Shown: positions 26,773 to 40,625, counted from the stretch's first letter. The stretch is 64,000 nucleotides of DNA from Octopus sinensis (GCF_006345805.1 NC_043004.1:96410001-96474000), one strand, 5' to 3'. Notes: generated by a model from the sequence alone, not told the origin. Made by a program: numbers and translations.

Positions 26773-27193
26773 AACATATAAACACGAGGTGAATCCAGCA
26801 TGTGCCGCTTGCTTATACATTTTAATTTTTTCAAATCCACCGTGCAAGCGCAGTTTTTTGTCGGCACCAAAAGGATGCCGGCAAATTCAGGACTTTAGCT
26901 GTTCCTTCTAGAGTAAGGGAATCCTATGCTGGAAACCTCTTAATGAGATTAAATGTACAATGTATTTTATATGAATAATATATAGTCCATTGACTAATTC
27001 TTCTATACGCTAGGCCACTAGTAGTAAAAAATTTCCTCAAATCTTTATTACCCTGATATTATTAATTATGTATAATGACTTCTGCATCTTTTTGCTGCCG
27101 ACAAAAAAACTGTGCTTTTGCGGTGGATTTGAAAAAATTTAAATGTATAAGCAGGAGGCACATGCTGGATTGGCCTCGTGTTGTTTATATGTT
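26773..27193. mobile_element. MITE with ~105-bp TIRs
   Basis: 26773-26880 and 27083-27193 are imperfect inverted repeats (CACGAGG...CAGCATGTGCC / GGCACATGCTG...CCTCGTG). TSD unclear in the AT-rich flank. Confidence 0.75.
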
Positions 27194-27504
27194 GCCTAGC
27201 AAATTATTTTATTTGCTAAAATAAGTCAGAAACCATGGTCCAGGAAATAGATGGTAAATGTTTTTATTTTTCATTCTCTTCGAGAATTTATCCCTAATTA
27301 GTGGTTTGGACTTTAGCTATTCCTTCTAGCATAAGGGAGTCTTATGATGGAAACCTCTTAATGTGTTTAAATGTACACTGTATTTTATATGAATTATATA
27401 TAGTCTATTGACTAATTTTTCCATACGCTAGGCCACTGGTAGTAAAAATTTCTAAAATCTTTACTACTCTGATATTATTATTATTATTATTATTATTATA
27501 TTAT

Positions 27505-27535
<31 letters not shown>

Positions 27536-27549
27536 TATATTATATGTAT

Positions 27550-27782
27550 ATATGTATGTATGTGTGTGTGTGTATGATTGTGTGTCTGTGTTTGTCCCCC
27601 CTCAACATCGCTTGACAACCGATACTGGTGTGTTTATGTCTTGCAACTTAGTAGTTCAGCAAAAGAGACTAATAGAATAAGTACTAGGCTTACAAAGAAA
27701 AAGTCCTGGGAGATTGATTTGTTTGACTAAAGGCAGTGCTCCAACATGGCCACAATCAAATGACTGAACCAAGTAAAAAAAA
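27550..27782 (+). mobile_element. SINE type 1, 3' half
   Basis: Matches the consensus downstream of the internal microsatellite. Confidence 0.85.
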
Positions 27783-27862
27783 TTAAAGAATATATATTAT
27801 ATCTTGTTTCTGTATAGTTAGATACATGACTACTGCTGTTGAGTTTAGAGCTCTATGTAGAT

Positions 27863-28353
27863 CAGGGGTTGCCAAGCTTTTTGGACCATTGACCCCCTTT
27901 AGCTGCATCTCCTTCCACATCGACCCCCTTTAACCACTTCTTCTTTTGCATTGACCACCTTCATCATTTAAAATATCTTAATACCCTACCCTACCGTATC
28001 ATATCTTAAATATGTACTAGGTACTAATGCTGGCAATTAAAATGTTAGCTAAAATATACATGTGCGACAAATTAAGAAGTTCTATTGAAGATGACTCACT
28101 TTTTACATTTAAAACTATGTCTACGAGTATTCAGTATTAAACTTTCAATTCTTATGAAATTGTTTTTATGGTTAAAATATGTGAAAAACGCATCATATTG
28201 CTGGAATATCTTTTATTGAAATTGACAAAATCAGTGTGAGGGATGAACTAAGTATTTCAAGCAGTTCATCTGATGAGCTGGTCTTTTGCTCACCAACCCT
28301 CAATTCGACCCCTTGGCTATCTTCGCCCCCTTGGAATTCCTTACTGACCCCTG
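27863..28353. mobile_element. Non-autonomous hAT (Charlie-like) element
   Basis: CAGGGGT...ACCCCTG termini; exact 8-bp TSD ATGTAGAT (27855-27862, 28354-28361), resembling the NTCTAGAN Charlie target; repeated subterminal GACCCCC motifs. Confidence 0.85.
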
Positions 28354-28416
28354 ATGTAGATTATTACCATCCAGTCAGTCTCTGATATAGTTGTTTTTTT
28401 TGTATTATTATGTTAC

Positions 28417-28644
28417 CTGGCAGAAATGTTAGCCTGCCAGGCGAAATGCGTAGCCGTATTTTGTCTGCCGTTACGTTCTGAGTTCAAATCCTGCTGAGGT
28501 CGACTTTGCCTTTCATCCTTACGGGGTCGATTAAATAAGTACCAGTTACGCACTGGGGTCGATATAATCAACTTAATCCGTTTGTCTGTCCTTGTTTGTC
28601 CTCTCTGTGTTTAGCCCCTTGTGGGTAGTAAAGAAATAGGTATT
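28417..28644 (+). mobile_element. SINE type 2
   Basis: Matches other copies. Confidence 0.9.
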
Positions 28645-29585
28645 ACTATATTCAGTAGTAATGATATACTGAGCAAATGCAGGAGAAATTATTATAAATA
28701 CAAGTTTGTATACTTTGTTTCTTACATATGTCTTACCTTTCTGGTTGTTTGGATCCTTTGCATTGGATGTATATATGTATGTATTATGTATGTATGTATC
28801 TGTTCCCATGTGCATGTGTAAATGTTTTCATTCCATGTACAAGCATGAAAGCATCGAGCAAAAACAAAACAGTACTATTTGTTGACATACTCTACTAATA
28901 AATTATCTTATATGTCTGTAATTTCAAAGACAAGACATACCGAAAATCCATAACTCAAAAAATAGGTAAGGGTTTTCAATAACAAGTGCATCTAGCCATA
29001 AAACAATGCCTTAATATGTATTTATCCAAACTATGCTAGAACTGAAAAGAAAAATGGATTTAAGACAAATGGAATAAAAGATAAATAAAATAAACGTACA
29101 AAATATTAATATGTAAACTAAGTAACTTACTGTAAGTTGTGAGAATACACTGATTGAAATATATTGTAGAACATAGAAACACAAACATGACATTCATTTT
29201 GAAAACCAAATCTATCCACTTTCATTTTCCCTGCCGTCCACATTTTTTTTCCTTGCAGCTATCATCATGTTGTTGGGAATGTTTAAATCCCCAAACGTCA
29301 ATTTATTTGGTCATCCATAGCTTGTTGTTGTCACAATGTTGGCACTTCTGGCATTTGATTTTCCTGCTTCTACACACACACGCACACACTATCTACCTAT
29401 ACACACAATTCTTTGCTTACTCTAGGCCTGTATTTTTTTTCTCTCTCTCTCTCCTTAAATATTGCTACTTCACAATAGTAGTGAGAATGGTAGGCAGGAA
29501 GAAGGAGTCATTTGGAGCAGACATGAAATGTGTATTCACATGTACATGCATACAGCCTCTTTTAGAATGTTTGTGCGTGGGTTTA

Positions 29586-29629
<44 letters not shown>

Positions 29630-30095
29630 CATATGCACACATATATATGCATATATATACATTCATACATATATATATTATATATGTACACACATACATA
29701 TATGTACATGTATGTGGGCATTTATGTAGGCATGTATGTGTTATGCATTATCTTCATGTATATACACACAATAACATGTGCACACTCATCTATATTTTTA
29801 TGTTTGTATGTGGAGATATATTGTTGCACATAAGTGTGTGTACATGTCGGTACACTTGTACACAGTAGTTTTATATATATATATTATAGAGATTTATGCA
29901 TATGTGGTCTAATATATAGTTTACATGAGTGTATATATGCATTCTAGTATAATTGTTGAACTATTCTCAACACCAACATTTAATTTGCTTTTCTATTACT
30001 TCCTTTGTCCCCGCTGTGTATATGTGTACATACATAGACACATGAACATATATAAATATATATATATATATACATACATATACATATATACACAC

Positions 30096-30145
<50 letters not shown>

Positions 30146-30151
30146 ATATAT

Positions 30152-30183
<32 letters not shown>

Positions 30184-30398
30184 TATATACACACATACAT
30201 ACATGTACACGCACACTGATTTATACATACATACATACATACATACATACATACATACATACATACATACATACATACATACATGCATACATGCATACAT
30301 ACATACACTCATCATGAATGTCAGAGATGTTTGTCAGAAAATTGTTGCCTTCTCTGTTGTCATGACAGAAAAAAGTCATTGCTTCTACATTGGCTGTA

Positions 30399-30435
<37 letters not shown>

Positions 30436-30544
30436 GCAATAACAACAGCAGAGGAATAAGTCAGAAACAACCGAAAATGCAAAAAGAACATGAAATAAAC
30501 AAAAAAATAACATTAAGGATTCTTCTTCTTAATATATACCTTCC

Positions 30545-30800
30545 GAAGTATCTTATTTTACGTTATGGACTTTTTCTAAATCAATAATGGGAAGATTTTC
30601 AACAAACTGCGTATTGATAGTCTAAGACAATATTTCTCAGATATTTGCTCGACATGGTATAGCATTGATATAAATTGGCATATCTTCTTTTGGTATGTGT
30701 TAAAATCTGGAATTCAAGAAAACTGGTATGCACCTGCTTCAGTAAACAAGAGAAATAAAGCCACTGAGAGTGTTTGAAAGTATGAGTAACGTTGATTGTT
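30545..30800 (+). mobile_element. Degenerate Gypsy-type LTR retrotransposon integrase fragment
   Basis: Frameshifted KYLIL-VMDFF*K and QIFARHGIAL resemble the YL.VVDYFSK...IFARHGIP integrase core. Confidence 0.5.
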
Positions 30801-31076
30801 ATAGAAAGAACTTTCCTCTCAACACCTCACATTTTCCCTTCGAGTGGAATTTGAAGGAGTTGATGAGGGCTTCACTGTTCAGCATGCAATCATTTCTTTA
30901 TGTCACAGCCACCATGCACTAAAACAACTGTCTGCTCTTCCCAGATGAAGGATGTTGGCAGGGCAACCCCAACAATGATCTCTGCTGATAGATTTATATG
31001 TTCTACATGAAACAACTATGGTTCATCATAACTTCACATGTCAGCATTGCTTGTATACTAAATGAGTGTGTGCAGA

Positions 31077-31790
31077 ATAATAATAATAATAATAATAGTA
31101 ATAATGAAATTATTGTATACAGTGCTCAGGTGCCCCACAACTTGTCAAAGGTGCGTATAAAGCATATGCAGTAATGTACAAATGTCTGGAAAGTGAACAG
31201 TGTATGAGTCAGATACATGCTTGTGTGTGTATGGAGAGGAGAAAACCAGGTGTAGTGTTGGCGAATCTCTGGAAGCATGGAAGTTTTGAAGGATGCCGTG
31301 TTCCGATAACTAACAACTGATGCCAGCATTTTGTTCCATACTTCAGCAACTCTTAGCATGAAAAAATGTTTCTGAAAGTCATGGGAGCTGTGCTGTTTTC
31401 TGACTTTGTAAACATGTCCACGGGTGTTAGACAGGTGGAGTTTGGAAATTATTTAATTTCTTTTACTGCTTGCATCTCAGCCAGGCCAAGCTGATGGTAA
31501 ATTTGTATCAGTTGAGTTTATCTTAAACTAACGATGTCCTCTGGCAGAATGGCCAGATCAGAGATTTCTAAAAAATTTTCCGTTGTCCCTAGGTTGAGGT
31601 TTCTCATGAAAAATGTGTATACTTGATTTTCATTGAACCCAAGTGTTTCCCTCAAGAATATTGCCATTCTTGCTCCCCACTGGTCCTTTATGCAAAGCTT
31701 GATACACTCTCAGTTGTATTGCTCACCTCATAGAAAACTGTAAATGCTTAACAATATTCTAAATGCCAAGCCCTAGATTTGATCTTCAGT
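31077..31790 (-). mobile_element. CR1-clade LINE 3' fragment with (TAT)n tail
   Basis: NTRGHVYKVRKQHSSHDF...LRVAEVWNK..ASVVSYRNTASFK matches the CR1 ORF2 C-terminus. Confidence 0.8.
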
Positions 31791-32007
31791 AGATCCAGCA
31801 TTACAACACCATTAAAGAAACAAAATACGAGACGATATATCTGAGAAATAGTAACTAAACCCAAGCTCTGTCCAGAAATAGCAGATGCTGCTAACTCACT
31901 TCACATTAGCACATCATCAGCTACAACATACTGTGCAGATGCTGGTAGCAGATGGACATTCTGATCAGTGGAATGCATCCCCTCCACAAAAAGTGAAAGA
32001 GCAGACA

Positions 32008-32434
32008 CTCTTTACTCTTACTCTTTTACTCTTTTACTTGTTTCAGTCATTTGACTGCGGCCATGCTGGAGCACCGCCTTTAGTCGAGCAAATTGACCCC
32101 GGGACTTATTCTTTGTAAGCCTAGTACTTATTCTATCGGTCTCTTTTGCCGAACCGCTAAGTGACGGGGGCGTAAACACACCAGCATTGGTTGTCAAGCA
32201 ATGCTAGGGGGACAAACACAGACACACAAACATATACACTTATATATATATATATACATATATACGACAGGCTTCTTTTAGTTTCCATCTACCAAATCCA
32301 CTCACAAGGCTTTGGTCGGCCCGGGGCTATAGCAGAAGACACTTGCCCAAGATGCTACGCAGTGGGACTGAACCCGGAACCATGTGGTTGGTTAGCAAGC
32401 TACTTACCACACAGCCACACAGCCACTCCTGCGC
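32008..32434 (-). mobile_element. SINE type 1
   Basis: Full length with a (CTTTTA)-like tail. Confidence 0.9.
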
Positions 32435-33150
32435 ACTAATAACAGAAATAATAATAATAGCATTTAAAAACATCGGCATTCATAATAAACGTTCTATGAA
32501 ATATATTTTATTGCTTATTTTATTCAACTGTTAACACATCTATCTATTTAACAAATCCAAGCACTTCTTTGCCCTTTAAGATTCTGAACTGAAGCTAACA
32601 ATTGAGAAGGTGAATAGATTACTTTATATATTCAGTACAATGACGTCACTAGCCACTAACAATAAAAGAAAGAAAAAAAAAGAAAAAACACCTAGCACTA
32701 CAATCACTGCAACTACTACCACTAATACCAATACAAGCGATACCCATCCCTCCCTCCCTCCACCTCAACCATCTATAACGAACCGAGATGTATGATTTCA
32801 ATATTAATGCTTTCTGGCTTCTCTTGCTCCTCTCCTCTTCTCTTCTCCCAATCCTGGGTCGATACTCCACCATCCCAACCAAAGAAAGATTCTTCTCAAT
32901 AAAGAATTTCAAGTCTCCTATTTTGGAAAGATAAGTCCGTCTGTGTTTGAAATTGCGTGCGTGCGTGCATGCACACGTGCATGTTTGTGCACGTAGTGTG
33001 TGTGTGTAAATACATGCATGTGTGCACATAAATAATGCAAATGCAAATATACTAATACAATACTATACTAATACATTTGGATACACAGTTGCATATAAAT
33101 ACGAATACTTACGTGTGTGGTGAATACATTTACACGTACTTTACATATTA

Positions 33151-33215
<65 letters not shown>

Positions 33216-33306
33216 GTATATGTTATGTATACATATATATTTACATTACACACAAACATACACATATATGTTATATATTATGCACACACACACATAGATA
33301 TTATAT

Positions 33307-33338
<32 letters not shown>

Positions 33339-33501
33339 CACACCAGGAGGGTTTTGTTTGTTGTTAGAGACACCATCTTAAAGATGTGCATTGTTTGATG
33401 ATAGAAAGCTTGTGATGAATTGGTGTTAACATATTGCAACAACAATGGTCAAAACACCTCCTCCCCTTCTGCTCTTCACTTTACCCTATCACCCTACTTA
33501 C

Positions 33502-33537
33502 TCGCAGCAGTCCTTCAACCCCGGCTGCAAATGCCTG
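33502..33537 (-). CDS. Candidate 36-nt phase 0-0 exon (QAFAAGVEGLLR)
   Basis: TTTAG acceptor, consensus GTAAGT donor, open GC-rich frame in unique sequence. No homology recognised. Confidence 0.3.
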
Positions 33538-33762
33538 CTAAAGGTCATGTTCTGGTTTGGTGTTGATGGGAAAGAGTTGGGGTATCACACTGTCCATCCG
33601 AGGTGTATGCGTGCTTTCATACAGAATGGATAGAATTTTGGTTACTTATATGTTTGTATGTGTGTGATTAAGATAGAGATTGGTTTCAGTTGTGGATGCA
33701 TTTGTGTATCTGAGTGAAAATATATTTGAATTTGTATATAGATATATATATACATACATACA

Positions 33763-33822
<60 letters not shown>

Positions 33823-34540
33823 TATATGTTTATGTATATATATATATATATGTAAGAAAAAAAGTCTTTATTTGTTACTGCTGTAACTATTTTCACTTAA
33901 CATGTTTACTGCCAGAATCCTTAGTACACCAAGTAAAGTGCTTAGCATTAATTTGTGTGGCTCTTAGTGTTCTGAGCTCAAATTCTGCATGGGATGACTT
34001 AGCCTTTCGTCCTTTTGGAGTCGGTGAAATAAGTACTAAACGATGTGATCCACTTAGCCCACACCCTAGAAATTGCTGGCCTAGTGCCAAAAATTTGAAA
34101 CCCATATGTTTGAAGATGTATGTGTTTAAATTCATGCATATCTGTATGTGAGTGTATATATGCATATGTTATTACTGTTTGTTCCTTCTCGAGCCATGCC
34201 TGGCTCATAAGGGCCGGCTTCCCAGTTCCATTGGTGCATAGGTTCCCCACATTGGCAGGACATTGGTCCATCGCAGGTGAGCTTCTAGATGCAGGAGGAA
34301 AGAGTAAGAGAAAGTTGTGGTGAAAGAGTCGGCAAAATTTCACCATTACCTTCTGCCGGAACCATATGGAGCTTAGGGATTTTCACTCATAAATGCACAC
34401 ATTGCCTGATCTGAGATTTGAACCCATTATCCTTCGACTGCGAGTTCACTGCTCTAACCACTAGACCAAGTGCCTCCACATACACACACACACACACACA
34501 TACACATGTATCCAGCTTTAAGTTTATATATATATATGTA

Positions 34541-35351
34541 TAAATAAAAACTTACTTTGAGAAGAGAAACAACGCGTGCGTTCAGTCATATAATAACAAT
34601 ATAATAAATAAATAAAACATATGCATATATTTATACATATATGTACATACTTACATCTATATGTATATATACATGCATATATATATGAGTATAGGACACC
34701 ACAAATAAACGTAGAACCCAACGAGAAACGAAAACATAAAATCAAACAAGGAAACGGACTTTTTTTAACAACTAAAAAACAGAGTACAGGACAAACAATA
34801 CAAGGAAAATTCCCTTCATCAGCTGCCCTTGGTTCGACTCAATGCGTGTTTCGAAGGTAAGGGCAGAACACGGCAGTCCTTCTTGCAAGAGGAATTAAAT
34901 AAAATTCTTTTGCAGAGGGATAAAACAAGTGACAAGAACAGGACGTCAAAGCAATACAAATGAAGAAAAAACAGTAGGAAAAGCAGTACAAATAAAGAAT
35001 AACAGGACAGGGAAACCAACAATAAGGGCTTTTTTAGGCCTAGACGGTGGAAAAATTAGTTAGAACGCATGTGAAAAATCGGCTTGCGAAAGACAGAGAA
35101 GTCGATGTATGCTTGTTGAAAGCACGAGCTGAAAGAAAGTTTTAGTAGCACTCCGGTCAACGGCCAGAGAGAGGAGGAGGAGGAGAGAGAGAGAGGGGGA
35201 AAAGAAACCAGAAAGGGTGAAAAATAAGGAGAGAGACAAGTAGAGAGTAAGACAGACAGGCAGGGAGGAAAGGTCAAGTAAAGAGTAAGAGTGCGCGTCA
35301 TGATTATTCAAATAAAAACTTACTTGGAGAAGAGAAACAACGCGTGCGTTC
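34541..35351 (-). mobile_element. Penelope-like/unclassified retroposon unit bounded by a 42-bp direct repeat
   Basis: AAATAAAAACTTACTT(T/G)GAGAAGAGAAACAACGCGTGCGTTC at both ends; a related partial copy lies at 42050-42310 (+). Confidence 0.55.
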
Positions 35352-35976
35352 GGTTTACACCTACTTATTATCATTATTATTATTATTATTATTATCATTT
35401 TTAATATATATAGTTATTTACTTCCATTTGTTTATTTATCTGTGTATTTTATTATGTTTTTAATTTTGTTTATATTGTTACCAGTTTATGGTGATCTTCT
35501 TCTGTCATATGCTTTGGTGTGTGCTAGTGTTCCATTCCAGTTTCCTATTAGTAAGGGCATCCAGCTGTAGTTTGTTGCTCTGGCAATGATCATGCTCGGA
35601 TGGTACTCTTAGCACTCCACTAGCACAGATTCCAGTCATCGAATTTGATATTGATTTCGATTTTGATTTTGAAATTGAAATCAAATTCAATGATTGGCAT
35701 CCACATTGTCAGTTTATCAACTGTAAGTTTGATTTTCTCATTGAGTATGAAACAATAGATTTCCTAAACAAGCGATGAAACAATAGTTTTTCTAAATTCA
35801 TTAAATCCTGTTAAATTTCCAGACCTTCCTTATCTCATCATCAGAATGAAGTGATGTTAAAAACAGTATAGTGTCTATGCACTTTGTTTTCAGGCTTCAA
35901 AAATTTACTTGAATATTGTTATTACTGATAAAATCATTGACTACAATTGTATGTATGTATGTATGTATGTATGTAT

Positions 35977-36525
35977 GTCATGTCAGGTCACTTTCGAGTG
36001 CTACTGGTAACATGTAACCCAGTACAACCTGTTGCATGGTCGGGTCGTCAGCGACTAAACCGACAACCCCACCAAGCTTGCTTGGTGAAGAGGGTGTTTA
36101 TTGGACACCCTGCAGGATGAAAAACAAAACCCGTCAAAAGGTGGAGGTACTCTTGAGAGTCAACAGCCATCCAATAAATGTCTTAGGGCTGTATCATGCG
36201 CAGGGACATAGAAATAATCGGACTGAATACCCGATCACGCGGTTAAACCATTGGGAGTGAAGGACTCCCAGCCTTTGTTAGGGCATCCTTCTAGTAGAAG
36301 GTAACTCAGGTAACTCCGACATAAAACCTGCGGCTCAGTGGTTACCGATGATGTTGACTTGTTCTTCTTTTCGGATTATGGCTGCTGTTGCTTAGTGAGT
36401 GGGATTGACTCAGTGCACAGCCTTTCCTCACTTTAAAAAAAAATCTTCTTGCACAGGCATTGCACGATAACAACATTGATTAAGCTTCGTGCAATGGCTT
36501 ACTCGATAACGAGGGGGCAGCCACC
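35977..36525 (+). mobile_element. Unclassified GC-richer interspersed retroposon embedded in/ending with (TATG)n
   Basis: Sharp composition change, hairpin-rich body (GTCGG-GTCG-TCAG-CGAC-TAAA-CCGAC; TGGGAGT..ACTCCCA), (TGTA)n on both sides, no long ORF. Confidence 0.5.
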
Positions 36526-37216
36526 ATGTATGTATGTATGTATGTATGTATGTACATTTCAGTTTATTCATATTCTGTGTAGAAAGGAGAAATATGGGAA
36601 TTTCTTTTAAAAATGACTCTATAACTTCAGTAATGGCAACAGAGAAATATAAATAAATAAAGACAATATCATTTGTATGTATTTAAAGATACTGCAAAAT
36701 CTCCTTGTAGATGCTTGCATTTGAACAGATGTATCTCATCAATGCAGTTGTTATATCTAAATTTTTAAAAAAACTGAATACTAGTTGTGAAGTTTTGAAG
36801 AAAAGAGTGATGTGCTAAAACAAAAATTGTAAGCAGTGAGAGATGCCATGTGTAATACAGGAACTGTTTATCAGAAAGTCACATGTTTGCTTAGATATGT
36901 AAATGTGGTGGGAATTGGAAATTTTCTTGAATATTCAGGTTCAGCTCATCTGTATATGTGCACAAGGACACATGGTTCCATCACTAATCTCCAACCACTG
37001 TTTGAAAATAATGATGTCATGAAAACATCATATGTAAAAGAAAAATCTGTAGACCGAAGTTGGAATCCCTTTGTTGCTGACTGGATTTCGATTTGTTGAC
37101 ATTTTGCATAGGGAGAGAAGGGGGTGAAAATACTTTTTTTTTTCAAATTACTCTATATCCCCAGAAATATGTGCATGTGCGTGTGTGAGTGTGTGTTTGT
37201 ATGTGTCTCTGTGTGT

Positions 37217-37247
<31 letters not shown>

Positions 37248-37850
37248 CATGTGTAGATAATTTAGCTTTAGAAAATTACTGCCACATTGTCTAATTTTCA
37301 ATCAGTTATAAATTCAGTCATATAGCAAAGACTTCTCTTTTCAAAATGTCATTTCGAAAATGCAATCTTTGTATCTTACATTATATCATGCCTTGTGCTG
37401 AAGAACTCTTAAGCTTTCTGGGGGCAAAGAGACATCAAGATGGCTCTTGAATTGAAGAAGAATTTTATGAAGACAGTGCAATTTATAATTTAAAATATTA
37501 GTAATATTTATAAACGTGCCTGTAAACATAGTTTCTTATTGGTTTGTGTGCAGTTGTTGAATCTTATATGCAGAACATGTATGAATATGAAATTCTTAAG
37601 AGTTTGCTAGCTCTCGTGTGTGTGTGGTTGTTTGGATGTGGGTGTAGTTGGTTTGTTATAAAATTTGCTGTGCAATCTGTGGTCCAACCTTTTCACATGC
37701 TGTACCACAGTGATTAGGCTTACGAATTACATTAAGTATGCATGTGTCTAAGACATATTTAACCCTCACTGCGCTGATTAAATTTTTGCTGGTGATGTAA
37801 CATGCTAATTGTATGCAAATCAGTTCTTGTATCCTCTTTCTCTTGGTCAG

Positions 37851-37939
37851 TAAAATTAGAATGCGCTATGCTACGTCAAATGAAATCACAGAAAGCATCC
37901 AGCAAAGAATCTCAGAAAGTACCCAGCAATCAAAGACAA
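37851..37939 (+). CDS. Candidate internal exon, phase 1-0 (xKLECAMLRQMKSQKASSKESQKVPSNQRQ)
   Basis: Strong pyrimidine tract plus CAG, donor GTAAAC, open frame. No homology recognised. Confidence 0.3.
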
Positions 37940-38119
37940 GTAAACTCAGTTCCAGTGTCTTAGTTCTAAAGCACAGAAACAAATGTAAGCAGTTCCCATG
38001 CAATAAGGGGTTAATGACCAGATACTTCCTTTGATCAAACTAACAAATGCTCATCTTTAAAACAAATCCGGACTCTATTATATTCTTTTACTGATTTGTG
38101 TCACCCTCCTTGGTTACTT

Positions 38120-38530
38120 ATTTCTTTACTGTCCACAAGGAGCTGCACACAGAGGGGACAAACAAGGACAGACAAATGGATAAAGTCAATTATATCGACC
38201 CCAGTGTGTAACTGGTACTTATTTAATCGACCCCGAAAGGATATAAGGCAGTCGACCTCGGCGGAATTTGAACTCAGAACGTAAAGACAGACGAAATACC
38301 TATTTCTTTATTACCCACAAGGGGCTAAACACAGAGAGGACAGACAAGGACAAACAAACGGATAAAGTCGATTATATCGACCCCAGTGCATAACTGGTAC
38401 TTATTTAATCGACCCCGAAAGGGTATAAGGCAAAGTCGACCTCGGCGGAATTTGAACTCAAAACGTAGCAGCAGATGAAATACCACTAAGCATTTCACCT
38501 GGTGTGCTAACGTTACTGCCAGCTCACTAC
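38120..38530 (-). mobile_element. SINE type 2 head-to-tail dimer
   Basis: A full copy is followed by a second unit starting at the internal GTATTTCG motif. Confidence 0.85.
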
Positions 38531-38712
38531 CTTGGTTACTATCTCGAAAAGTACAGTCTATGCATTATAGTGTAACACACAGCTGAAGTAGCACACTTGT
38601 AATTCTCTGAAATTAGAAGTAATATCTTTTCAGTGTGAGATGTATATAAAGAAACGTAGAAAACAGATTTGATATTTTATGCCTTCTTATATGTATAAAT
38701 ATGAGTATTTGA

Positions 38713-38743
<31 letters not shown>

Positions 38744-40329
38744 TGTATGTGTGTGTGCGTGTGTGTGTGTGCATGTGTGTAGTTGATTTTTGTGTGTATG
38801 CTGTGTGCAGTTATTCTAATGAGTTAATCAAGCGCCTTTTCAGTACATCAGCAAAAAAATACAATTTTCAATTCTCATTACACCTTATACACCTGCAGCC
38901 TGGCAAAATATACTTAAAATGCCTTATAAAATAAATTAGTAACAATAACCAATGAATATGCACTCAATGAGTCAAACAGAGAAAGAGAGAGAGAGAGAGT
39001 AAGAGAAGGGATACAGGGAGATGAAAGAGGGAGAAGGATAGGTAAATAAGGTTATAACAAAGAAGGATAGAGTAAAGATGGAAATATTTAAACGATCTAG
39101 ATAGCTAAAGTATTAATGACAATGGCCAGGAGGTCATAAGAGCCAACATTAAGATTGATGAAAGTGTGTACATTGAAATTGTATATGGAAAAATAATAAT
39201 AAAAGCAAAATGAAATCAGAAGTGCTTCTGTTGTATGAAAGGGTAAAAGTGAATAGCAGACAGGAAAAAAATGAATAAAGAGACTGAAGATTTCGCCTTC
39301 ATCAGCTGTCTTAGTAAAGATTATGGTTGTTGCAATACAGTTATTAGCTTAGCGGTGTCATCAGTCAGAAGACACAGTTATAAGTAATTAATACTGTGGA
39401 GATGAAACATTAAAGCATATAACTGAGTCTTAGCGACTGGGATAGAGAAAACAAGGATGTGTGATCAGTTATGGGCAATTTGCAGTTTGAGGGGCTTTCT
39501 GTATAACATGCCTAAAGAAAAATTATCCTTAATTTTTTTAATAGTGTGGCGCACCAGTGAATGAGCCATATCTCATATGGCTTCCTTCTTGAAACAGGTT
39601 GCCTGTACCCGATGCTTGGTTAAGATTAGAGACTAGGACAAAAATGAAGAAACAGGAAATATTCATCTGCTTACGATGAACTTAAATAAAACAAGTCTTT
39701 TGCTAATTAAATAAAACATCATTCAATTTGGATATGATTCAAAATGATTGCATAGGTATATATACTCATGTATAGCAATGTGCACACATACACATACAGG
39801 GTCATGCACACACACACACATACTATATACATAAAATATGCATATAGCAAAGTGACTTTAATGTAGACATACGCACACGAAGTTTGTGTTATCCTTTAGT
39901 ACTGTCATTATTTTCCTTATAGATGTTTTGAGCTCTCTGTGTGAACAATTAATAATTGTCATTTTTCTTGTTTTAAGAAGTCATCACTAGCCATAAGGAT
40001 TTCCAATGCTCCATTTAAACAATCAACTGCTGTGTCTTATTCCTGTGTACGGATCTGGAGTACATAGTATCGACCATTTTAATTTATAGTCTATACTTTT
40101 AGAATTTAAGTCATATATATATTTGAAGAGCATGAGGACGTCTTCTGTCGGAAAAGTAATTTTTATGCAAGATCATTTTTTAAAAAAGTTCCAATAAAAA
40201 ATTTAATGTTGTTGAGTGTTAAAACATTACTTTAGCAGACCATATTCTTACACTGTAATTCCCATTCAGAAGCAAGTTAAGGGATCTCAGCAGTTGCTAT
40301 TGATTGCATCCATGGTAAGTTGTTTGATG

Positions 40330-40338
40330 CTATTATTA

Positions 40339-40383
<45 letters not shown>

Positions 40384-40447
40384 AGTAGTAGTAGTACTAG
40401 TAGCAGCAGCAAAAGAAGAAGAAGAAGAAGTAGTAGTAGTAGTAATG

Positions 40448-40484
<37 letters not shown>

Positions 40485-40505
40485 CAGCAGCAGCGGCAGC
40501 AGCAA
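40330..40505. repeat. Compound trinucleotide microsatellite (TAT/TAG/AGC/AGA/AGT)
   Basis: Seen directly. Confidence 0.95.
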
Positions 40506-40625
40506 TATTGACACCAGTCTCTCACGTTGAGTTCATAGGTTTTAGTTTATGGTCATTTGCATAAGCTCTGTTGCTAGTTAAATTTGTTCAACAGTAGATG
40601 AGCTGAATATCTTGTAATACCTAGG

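Noticed and set aside
31481-31496. Apparent 16-nt + strand micro-exon with strong acceptor and donor
   Set aside because: It lies antisense within the CR1 ORF2 remnant; the signals are explained by the LINE sequence.
34812-34880. HDV-like ribozyme fold (a CNRA J4/2 and a P2 match exist on the minus strand)
   Set aside because: No consistent P1, P3 or P4 could be built; the strand needed for P4 pairs upstream instead.
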